This document shows, piece after piece, positions 10,501 through 22,500 of a stretch of 64,000 nucleotides of DNA. How positions within the stretch are numbered: the stretch's first letter is position 1; each line of letters starts with the position of its first letter. Source of the DNA: Thalia democratica. Lineage: Eukaryota. The stretch lies in NCBI GenBank assembly GCA_965202585.1, contig OZ241829.1, positions 28,954,001-29,018,000 on the forward strand. Direction: 5' to 3'. The notes below the pieces were generated by a model that was not told the DNA's origin, did not search any database, and worked only from the letters and a program-made list of their open reading frames with translations. The position numbers were made by a program, and so were the translations under genes.

Positions 10501-13500
10501 CGTAAAAGTAATCGTAGACTAACATTAACTTCTAACGATATAAATAAAAAACCTTAAAAAATATAAACTTGTTGTACCTCTGTTGGTTTAATATGGTTTA
10601 AATTCAAAAACAAAGACATAATTTTTTTTTTTGCCAATATAAAAAACAAAATTTTATCAAAACCTTATATACTTGGAAAAAAAAAACTAAATAAATGACA
10701 AAAAATAGAATATAGTGAATATTTGAAACATACCTAGAACTATTGCAATTGGATCAAGTCTGTTTTTTGTTTTCTTCAAAAACTCGATTCTGATTCTGTC
10801 TTCGCATTTAAATTCACCTGAAATAAAAACAATAGGTTTAGTTTGGGGTTAGAAACGTAAAGCATTGAAAAAACTTTAGTTTCATATGTTGTTTACATAA
10901 ATTTTCTAAAATATGAAACTCTACAAACTTTTTGATCATGTGATAGCTATTTAGTTTTTTAGGACATTTGATAAAAAATTAAACCATAAAATATTTAAAG
11001 TTTTTAAAGTTATTTCATTTGTTATGATGGAAATTTTAAGAAATAATGAGTAGTAGTTGTAAAAGTTATAGAGTTAATAAAAGTTTGAAAATAATAGTTT
11101 AAATTTTTAATATTATTTGAAAAAGCTGGAAATCATTAAAGATAAGTATACTTTACTTAAGTAGCCAGGCTAAAACATATGCCAGTTTATTTCAGTTTTA
11201 GTTTGAGTGAATAAATATCAAGTCTTTATATTAAAATTTTTTTTATGTTTGATAAAATTTTGTTTTTTTACCACAAAGTTCTAATAAATAAAATTTAACA
11301 ACTTTAGTACTGATTTATGAGCTTTTTTACTGAAGTTACTTTCCAATAAACCGCAGAAAAGTTTTACAAAGCAGTTCAAGCATTCAAACGATAAATGTTA
11401 ATAATTTTCTATACTTAATTTATAAAAAACTTTTAATAAGTTTACATTTTACCAGGTCTTGGTAATTTGATAATTAAAAAAAAAATTAAAATACTTTACA
11501 AAAACAAACATTACTAGTTCTTTGTGATTAAAAAACGTAACAAATAAGCAACATTAAAAAATCTAACCAGATCTTGGCAGCTTGGTGCTGCTCTGGAGTA
11601 CGTTGCGATCACCCAGTCCATCGATGAGTATTCTCTTCTGGTCCGCTTCAGTGAACTGCTCGTCAAACACCACGCTGTAGTTGATGTCCAGCTCCTCCGT
11701 GAACTCGTCGTGCCTCGATTCGTATCTGCAATGTTTTGTTTTTCAAATTTCAAAATATTTACGTGCTATTGTAGTGAGTAAGTTTAAAGTAAAAATAAAC
11801 TGTGCTCAAAATTGTTGACTCTGTACAAATAGATAAAAAAACTTATATCAAATATGTTAAACACTTTATTCGTTTCTGTAAAAGTTTTTGTTATTATAAT
11901 TTTTTGATTACTTTATTAATAATGAACGTACTGTTTTTTATTATTATGACTTGTTTCAGTTTGACAGTCAGGTTGTTTCAGTTATTTATTATTTGATAAG
12001 ATGTAGTTTGACTTCCCCGAAACCGGTCATAAATAAAATAGTTGATAAGCACATTTATTATAATTTAGATAAACTATTTACTCAGTAAGTTGAGCAATTT
12101 TTACAGTTAGCACAAGTAATTTCATTGTATTTTTATGCAAAATATTTTGTGTTGTAACATTTATTAGTAGCAAGGGCGTAATTTGACCGAACACGCAGCG
12201 CTTTAGTTTTCTTGAGACAGCACTTTTGATTTATACTTTTAAAAATAAAGTTAGTTTCAGCAATTTAAAACTACTAGCAATGTGTTTAAACCTAAAAATA
12301 AAAACCATTAGTGTTTTTTTTATTGAAAATTTTAAGTTGTGTAGATAGGTAGTAGTAAAACATAAATGTGCTTAAGCTTGCTGTTTCGGTAAAAACACAT
12401 TAAGATTCAGAATTTATTTTGCAATTTTTTAAAATATATTGTCTAAAAGTTTTTACTGGTACAATAAATTTAAATCACTTTATAAGTAACTTTTGTTCAA
12501 GGTGTTTACAGTTTCAACAAATAACTTTTGATTATTTTATGTATTCTATCATTGTATAAATGTATAGCGAAAATTTACTGATTATATTAATGCTAAAAAT
12601 AAATTCAAAAAGTTAATTTTTCTTTAGCGTGTCAGAAAACTGTTCTATTTTTTAATTACTTACAGCCCATTTTAAATGAGCCTTTTAAACATACAACATA
12701 AAAAAGTATGGTTACAAACAAATAATTATTCTTAGATATTTGATTACACTACATTATTAACAACATAAACAAACATGTAAAATTTTATGACTGACTACAA
12801 TTTATGGCCTTTATAGTTAAAAAAAAAGTTTTTCACCAATGCGATAAGCCACTCTCACGCAAAACTGAATTAACTTTTATTACTAAAAATTTTACAATTT
12901 AGACATGTTCAATGTTTTGTTCATAGGTATAAAAAAGTTTTGTTTTTACTACATAATCTATAATTTTTACAGTATGTTACTTTTAATAACTTTAAAAACT
13001 GTGCAATTCATTTGTTATTTATAACTTTTAACTTTAAAACAAACGTATGTAGCAATTTCATTTACGTAGTTGAAACAATCTAATTAGTTACATACTTAAC
13101 AGTCTAATATACAAAAATACCCCGTACACTTTTTTTTATACATATTTTATTTCGCTTAAAACAATTTCTTTCACCGGTGATATGAATGATGCGTTAAAGG
13201 TTAAACAACCATAACTAATTGAAAAGAGTTGGTCAAAAACATAAAGATCCCCCTTACTTTTGACTATTGTAATCTAAATTCTTTTATTTGCACTCAAGGA
13301 TCAATACATTTAAAGTAATTTTTTAAATTTTTTTACGACAACAATGTTTTGCCTAAAAAGATCTTAAACTAAAGTTCTTATTGAAACAGTATAGAAGTAC
13401 TTTTGTTCCTCTTGTAAAAGTATCTCTTGTTGTTTGTTCAACACAACTCACTTGAGGCACAGTTGGAAGTAGAAGCAGATGGATCCGTCTACGGTGTCGT

Positions 13501-16500
13501 TGCTCTCGCAGGGAACGGGATCCTTCAGATCCAGCAGTTCCGTCGTCAGGTTGAAGTAGGACTCCACCGCTATGATCGGTCTGGACCTGAAATGAAATCG
13601 AACAGTAAAGATAACTGAAAGCTGCTAAAGAAGTCATGTGTCAGAACGTCAATAAAAATTAGAATCAAAATTAAATTTCAATTGCAACTGACTGTTCAAT
13701 ATGAGTGTTGTAAATTTATTAGCATTTGTTGAGTTGATGCATTGAAAACATACAAAAAAAATTACTTGTTAAAATGTATTTATTTAAAGTTTTTTTTAGT
13801 ACAACATTAATTAATCAAAACTTTATTTGTAAAACTTAGTTTCACCCTTTAAGGGATTTTTAGTTACAGCCTTTTTTGTTTATTTTAAAAGTACTTCTTA
13901 CATGAAAGTTAGTTATAACAAACTTTGTTTCAAGCTTTGCAATATTTTCGTCGCTTTAAGCAAATTTTTTTTAGTATGCAATTAATTGAGTCTAGTGATT
14001 GGTTTTTATTAAACTGATAATTAAGCTGTTTTTCTCATAATAATTTTCTCTAAATAAAACTTTAATTAAGGTTTTAATTGATAATTTTTCAAAAAAGCTT
14101 ATATAAAAGTATGCTTATTTAAAAAAAAGAAACAATTTGCATACTTTAGAAAACACTTGAGTAGCTTATTTTACATACAAAGCTTTACAATAGACAATTT
14201 TAAATAAATACTTTTATAATTACGATAAACCTTAAGTTCAAAACTAAAATTAAAATTTTTCGAAAAAAAACTTAATACATAGAAAAAATTGTTATAGTAG
14301 CAATTACAGCTTTGTTATGTTTTTCAAAAGATGACAGTTTAGTAGATTAAAACATTTAAATTTGACTTGGTACGTTATTTGCAAAGTAGCAAACTAAAAC
14401 GAAAACATTTTGTACACAGGAGAAAATTGTCAACAAATATTTACTTAAAGCTTAAAAATAGAAAAATTATTGCTTTGCATATAGTTTTTACAAAACGTTA
14501 CTAAAAAAAAGTACCTTTCAAATAAGATTAAATTAACTGACAACATTAGTTCAATTTGATTTCCAGAAATCTCATTGTAAAACACAAGACTTAACTAGAA
14601 CAGGTTCAGCAGTAATATTCAATTTTAAAAATAAAAATCCCCCAACCTGAGATGAAGGGCGAAGTTGGACCTGGAGCCGATGAGGACATCCGGGTACTTG
14701 TTGTCGTCCATGTCCATGTTCCCCGAAATCGAAACTCCGAAACCCCTGACTTCCCGGTCCGCCGCTCCCCCGAACTTGCCTCCGTCCAAAACCTGAGACA
14801 ACTTCAACGTTCCCTCACTCGTTCCTGCGATGATTCATTCATTTTATATTTTAAACAAGTTTTTATGCAAGTACTTTAAGTTTAGCTTTTCTTTTTACGG
14901 CCTACACCTTATTTTTATATATTCATGTTGCGCAGAACAAAAACAAAAAGGTCAAGGCAAAATTTTAGCTGAAAAAAAAACGGCTTAAATGTAGCGACCT
15001 TAAGTCTGAATTAAAACTTTGTTAATTTTTATTTAAATAAACTGATAAAACATTTCTCAAGCAACCAATTAACACAGCTAAAGTAATAAAAAACTTATTT
15101 AGTGACTTTTGAGTAGCTTAACTTTGTAGTAGATGTAAAATAATCAGTTTGTTAGTTAAGTAATTTAAAAACACAAATTCCATACTATCTTCAACTTTCT
15201 AATTTTTATAAGCAGATAAAACTAAACATAAAAAAATATAACCGTTTGTATCTGTGAGTCTACTTGTGTTGTGCAATAAATCAATTTTCACCAAAATATA
15301 TAATGAACTTTTTTAAACTCAAAAACTTCCGTTTTTATTCATTCAAATTTTTGTTTAGTATTTTATCATTTTAAAACTTAATCAATACTCTACCAACCTA
15401 CATCTCTATCACTTAAAATTTTTCAACAAACCTCTATAAATGTAAACTTTTCCGGTCTTGTTGTCCTTGGGCGCTCCAATTGCCACGTCATTGTACCCGT
15501 CCTGGTCGAAATCCCCCAATGTGGCCAATGTCTGACCAAAGAACGAGTCCACCGGACCATACAAAACTTGCGGATCCACTTCACTGAGTTTCAAAAAGTC
15601 TCGTTTTATTTTATACTTCGAAAAGTTTACACACTAAAACCTTAACGAAACAACCGACGACTCACGCTATGGAAACCCCAGGCTGAGTAAGGTGGGTTAG
15701 GGGTATAGTTTCAAAAAAAAGAAAAAAAATTTGGTATATGAAGTTAGTTGCAGGTTTTTAAATGCACCGTATGCATCACGACCAAACAATTAATTTATGA
15801 CGTAACCAACGACTCACGCTATGGACATGCCAGGCTGACTGACATACACGTACGCGGCCCCTCCGTACTTGTTGTACTCGTAATACTGGGGCGCGCCAAC
15901 TATGAGGTCATCAACTCCGTCGTTGTTGATGTCGACGACCAGCAAGGAGTAGCCGAAGGAGGACCCGACCTGGTACCCGTCCATGAGCAAGAAGTCCTCC
16001 AGCTTGGGCTCGATTTTCTCCACGCCTGTTTTTGTTGCGTGATTTTTGTTATTTTACGTCATTGACGTGTTTTTTTTGTTAATTAAATTACGTGTTTAAG
16101 TTCGTGTTTGGGTTGAAAAATAAAAACTAAATATGTATCAACTTAAACTGTGAGGTACAAAGTAAACTGTAATTGTTTGTTGTAATTAAACTGTATTTTG
16201 TTTTTTAAAAAGTCTTATGAGCTTTTATTTGAGAGCCTGTGTTTGTTGTATTTACATTTAATATTATAACCTTTAGCTTTTAAGTAAACTTTTAATTGAT
16301 ATTTCTAAGTTTTAAAAGTTTTCTTAAACCTAGTTATAATTAAAACTTTTAAGACAAAAAAATATATGTAATGTTGTTAAACCAACCTTTAGCGCAAATG
16401 ATAAGTTTAAATCTCTTTAATATGTTTTGTAAATATCTACAAATTTTTTGTCTAAGTTTGTATTGAATTTAATAAAGTACCTAAAATATTAATAAAGTAC

Positions 16501-19500
16501 TTTGAAACTTGTTTATAAACACTCTGTTCAAATTATTAAAAAGAAATCAGTTTAACTATAAAAAAATAGGTTTTAACAACAAATATTTTTTTGTACTACA
16601 TAAGTTTAAGTAATAATAGATAAAAAATAAAGCTTTAAGTAGGTCAATTATTTTTCAAAAGTAATTTTTTTTGTCGTATTACTTTATTAATACTTCTTGT
16701 AGCTACAAGCAAGCTATTCAGTTAAAATCAAATATAACATGCAAAAATATATAAATGTTGATTTGCTTTTATCAGAATCGTCATTAAAATGTTAGTAAGA
16801 AATAAACTAAATTTTAGGCATTGATTGTAATTACCGAAAGTAATTGTCTTTACTGTTACACTAATCAATAATATAAGCAACTTTTACTTAAATTTAAGGC
16901 TTTTTAATTATCATTAAGATAAAAGTATAATTTCGTTTTAAAAATTGTATAAAAGTTTAGTAATTAAACTAGTTTAAACGTTCTCCGTGCAATTTTACTT
17001 TTATTTTTCATTTAACTTAATACTAAGCATGATTCAAAAGCATTTTGTTTAAAAATAAATTAACAAAACTAAAGTCCGATTGCTGTTTAACCTTTTTAGT
17101 TACTTAACTAAAAAATAGTTGAAAACAACATCGCATAATTAAAACTATCTTTTCGTTTCTCAAGTTGTTCACAGCCGAAAACTAGACTATACTTAAACAA
17201 AATTGCAACTCGTAAAAATACAACCCATTAGATTTAACAGACAACTCAAAAACTTAAAGGGGTAATACTTTTACGTTGAAAGGCGCACTTGTAATAATTT
17301 TTACAGTAAGCAAAACAAAGTCCAGTCTTTTTCACATAAAAACCAAATTTCCAATTAATTAGTTCAAGTAACATATTTACATGAGATTTTTAGCTTAAAA
17401 TAGAAATTAGTAACAGTTTAACCAATTTAAGTCGCAATGCTCTGCCCAACGCGTCACTACTACTTAACATACTCTATATTTTTAATCGCTCAATTGAACT
17501 AGCTGTTGTTTTCTTATTAGCAATACTCATTTAAACTTTTCATTTAGTCATTAACTCATTTAGTTCTCCAGACATACATCGTGTTTCTGCAAATTACAAA
17601 CAAATTCGAGCGTCTACAATTTATTGATAGGAACATTTCAAATTGCATATTTTCAGTCACAAATTAACACAACAGCCACAAGTTATTCACAAGCGCAGAG
17701 TAAATCAAAACACTTTTGATTTTTTAAATTTACCTTCATCTGTAGTCAGTCCACCTTAAATACACAACTTTAAATCAGTCCTCTTTCAAATATTTTTATA
17801 CTTTAAGGTCAGATGTAATTTTTTTTTCAGTTTTAAGGCCGCTTCGTGTTCATATTTAAACTTTTTGGCGTGTATTTTTTTTAGTGGTTGTAATGTAACC
17901 ATATTTCGAGCAACAGTTATTTATAAAAAACATAATTGAAAACATTCTTACTTTATTAAACTTAATACACCATGTAAGTTTTCATCGCCAATCAAATTCG
18001 TCAGAGTTCATATTTATCACTAACTACTTTGCATTTAATCTACCACCAGTTTTTTAATTGAAAAGTATAGAAAAAGTACTTTTGTCATGCTTAAGAAGAA
18101 AAAAGATCAACTGTGATAAATTAAAATGTCTTTTTAAGTAACACCCCGTATAATATTAAAATTATGATAGTAAGGAAAAAGTTTTGTATAGTCTATTTCA
18201 TCATTTTATTGTGAAAAGGTTAGTATATTTTAAACAAAGTTAGAAATGTTTATTAAAGAAGAAGCTTTTAGTTTGAAATCTTAAAAACATATCCATCTTG
18301 AAAAAAAAAAAAATAGATCATGTACTTGTCTTTTTTAAAGTTGATCATTCTACTCTAATATTTTTTATTTATATACCTAATATTTAATTAAATCAATTGT
18401 CAGCTACCATGCAAATTATTGTTTTCTTACCTCCTCGTGTCTTATAGTAGAGTTCTGTTGAATTAATTATTACGTCACATATACTACACTGCATAACAAT
18501 ACAAAACAGTGAAATTACAAAAATTATTATTTTTTAGATAAAAATAATTTTGAATTATTTACTCTTAGCTAAGATGATAAATTATAAATAAGTAAACAAA
18601 ATGAATTATGAGATAAAAAACAACATTTAATTGCTTATACTACTTATTAAGTTTGTTTAATATACTTTTTATTAATATATGTTTTTAAGCAACTTACTTT
18701 CTGAATATTATCTCTTATAGTCAAATAATAAAAACTTTGAGTTTGTACGAAATTAAAACTGTTTATAGCAAAATCTAAACTTTAATTTTGTTCTATTTTA
18801 TTAAACATTTATACATAAACTTATAAACACAAAAACAACTTGGTGTTGAACTTTTTTTATAAATAAATAGATATTACAAAAAATACAGTAATCAAGGTAT
18901 ATACTTAAGCCTGAACAAAAACAAAACTTGTGTGTACAAACGACAAAAAAAAAGTGACACAAAAACGTTTCGACAAAACAATTAGCACACGTCAAACCAA
19001 CTTTTAACGAAGAACACCACCCCGCCCGTGAAGTTGTACCTGGGAGCGCCACTTATCACCACTTCGCCCAATTCGGCGTCGAACATGTTGCGGGTGATCG
19101 CCACCGAGAAACCGTTGTACGAGTCCTTCTTCATGGGAAACCTGTTTGTTTTAATGATAATAAGTTGTAAAAATATAAATAGCTGCATATATCAAGCTAA
19201 AGGTTTGTTAATAGGGATCGTAGCGAGGCAAGTTCGTTTGTATATATAATGAAAAGAATTTGATTAGCCATTTTAAATAATGTTAAACAAACATTAAAAT
19301 ATTTGTCAGTTTAATAAAAAAGTACTGTGCAAATTGTTTTTGCTATTAAGAAAAAAAAATTAACAAAAACCAATTTGAATTTTCCAAGCTTTGGTTCTTT
19401 TTGTTGTGATGTAATTTTTTTTGAAATTGTTAGTGCAGCATAGCTCTAAGGTACGAAAGAAAGAGAGACAAGATTAACATGCACAAGTTATTTAAAAAAA

Positions 19501-22500
19501 ATACACAAAATTGATGATGGTGATTTAAAACAAATTAACGTACTTTGCATTGACGATGGACTGCCACAGTTTCTGTTCCTCACCGAAGAACTGCTTCTTC
19601 AGCTCCTGGTAGAACACGCTTCCACGCCACTCGAGCGCACCAGGTCCCCCTGTGACGTAACAAAAACATTTAACATGTTCAAACCGACACTCAATTCTGA
19701 TATATAGTACAAGAAAGAAATTTTTATATTTATATGCATAGTATGTTGAGGTTTTTTGATCTTATTGTTAGTTTTTGCAAACAAATCATAGAGCTTAACC
19801 GTTATCATCATAATCAAATCAAAAAGAAAGGGCGAGAAAAAAATTTAAAAAGGAAAGCAACTAAATTCTACTTCATTGACTGTATAAACACAGCAAAGTT
19901 GCCATAAGGGCACCCGCATGGAGCCAAGTAGTACTTGTAGTGGTTATTATAAAATTGATTATTAAAAATTAAGTCAACTCTAGTTTATAGTACAAGTAAA
20001 AAGTAATTGATTTATATTTAAAATATGTTGAGAAACTGCAACCTAAGTTTTGTAGAAAACAAAACCTACAAGTTGGTAATGGAAATTAAAAAGTACATAA
20101 ATAGTAAATTATTTTTAAAGTAATACTTCTTGGTTGAGAGGATCTTCTTCATTCTTAATCTTTTTTATGTAATAAACAGTCAACACTCTTGAAATAAATA
20201 TATTGGCAGCAAAAAAAGTATAACTAAATGCTAAAAATTCAATTACATAACAAAATGTATAAACAGAATGCCTTAGACCACTTTATTAATGAAACTTGAG
20301 TTTAAATGTTATTTTCTATTAGTTTGCAACCAATTTGCATAAATAAAAACCAACCGACTATGTAGGAACCTCTATAAACAGCTGAATTTATTATATATAT
20401 TTTAATTTTAAAAGACGAGCAAAAACCTTCACTGAAAAAATAAAATGACTCAATTTCTTTCTTTTCAAATATATTTCACCAACTTATTCATTCAGTAAAG
20501 TTAGTGATGAGTCTGATGTTTAATCTGTTAAAACAAAAAATCAACTGTTTACGTAGGAACCTCTACGAACAGCAATGTTCATTCCTGTTTGTGTTAATTT
20601 AAAATTTCAAACTACCGACCGACTGCGTAGGATCCGTTCCCATTAACCGCCAGGCTGACCCCAGGTTGCCCGTACGCGTACCCGTACTTCTTCCACGTGG
20701 CGCCCACTAGCGTCTCGCCCAGTTCGCAGAAGTTCTCTGTAAAATAAATAACAATTAGCATTTTTACAACGACAGCTCATCAGACAAAAATGCTGAAAAA
20801 AAAACAGAGCGAATAAATAAAAATTAAACATTGAATGTTTTGTTAAAACAGTTGTAAGATAAGAAGAAGTTTTCTGTAAAGATAAATGAAACCAATCAAT
20901 TAATAGCACTTTCACGCATGAATGGTTTTGTGTAATATACATAAAGTAAGCAATAAGTTGCTAATATCTATATTTTATTGAAATTTTTATATCTGTAAAA
21001 TAAGATAAGTAAGACCATTCTTTTAAAAATAGTTTCTTTCATGTACGGATAGTTTTTTTCTTTATGTATAGTATTCCATAAGGTGCTAACTTTACTGTTT
21101 TAGTGAAACTTGAGGAAATTGACATTTTTGTCTGTCGAAACAAGTTTTTTAAATAGAACAAATATTTTAAATTTCGTGTATTTTATGATGAATAAGATAA
21201 AAAAGAATTGCGATTAGATTTATTTTCTAAAGAGTTAAAGCAAGCTGCATAGTAAAATATTTCTCAGTGTTTCAACTCACATAAGTCCTCTATATAACAT
21301 TAGCAACAACTTTTCTGTGTATAAGTTGTGATACCATTATGCTGCTTTTACTCAAACTTAGCGCGTTTGAAAGTTATATTCAAAATACTAATCATGTGTT
21401 AAGTATTAATATTTAACTTACGAAATTAAGCTAGTTTTTATGAAATGTGTTTACTATCTATGAATAGTTTACGATAACATAAATTTATGTTATCATATAT
21501 AAGAGCAGTAAATCAGTTCTTATTCAAATCCAGTAAATTTAAATCTGTATGTATAAATTTATTAACTTTTTTGAATTTGTAATATGGTATTGACATTAAG
21601 TTCTTTCTTGTTATAATGGTTTGTAAAAAAGTGCAGTTTTTAACAAACTTGTTAAAAAAAAAGGATTAATTACTTTTATAACACCATCAGAAAAAAAAAC
21701 AGTTACAGTTTTATTCAACATATTTATTTTTATCACACTTTTACAAAATTTACAATAATTAAGTTTGAGATTAAGTTAATTTATACACGAGATTTCATTT
21801 TTGGACATGATAAAATTATACAAAAAAGTATTTCTAGTTACTGGTAAACGACAAGCAGCAAAAACACTACAGTTTTTCTATAAACAATTGTTAATAGTTA
21901 CACAAGTTCAAACGAGCTTACAAAATATTAAACGTTTCAAAATACAATCTACTGACATTCATAACAACAAAACTCATCTTTTTAAGTGCTTTGAGCTTAT
22001 GTCTGTTGATTATGATTTTGTTTTATTTATAAGATAAAGGAGGAGATACTTTGAAAACAGAATAAATTGAAGCTTGACTATTTTAAAAGCATTTGTAAAA
22101 GTAGTTATTATACAAAATACATTTTTAATGCTGCACTTCATTTATTTAGTTACAATAACATCGTGTTTATTTATGATAAACATATAATTGAAGCGAAAAC
22201 TTGCAAACTATTTAAGTATGTGCACTATAGAGAAATAAAAGTTTGTGTTTATATACTTTTAATTTATAAATTAAATAATAATAAAATAAATACAATAAAA
22301 CAAACAATAAAAATAAATGTTTCTACTAACTTGTAGCAAGGTTTTCCTCATCTTCTTTTAAACTATAATCAGTTCCTGTGAAAAAAGTATACTTATTAAA
22401 AAAATTAGAAAGTTCTGGGAAATAGTATACTTGATAAAAAAAATGCAAGGGAATAATTTTTAATCAAATAATTGCTTGCTTAAGATTTTATATTTAGTTT

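Noticed and set aside
17400-17830. Higher-complexity island in intron 8
   Set aside because: All frames are interrupted by stops and I could not assign it; probably a decayed repeat.
19142-20619. Mutually exclusive X1/X2-type exon as in vertebrate alpha6/alpha7
   Set aside because: No second full-length exon found between the W.G and GFS motifs.
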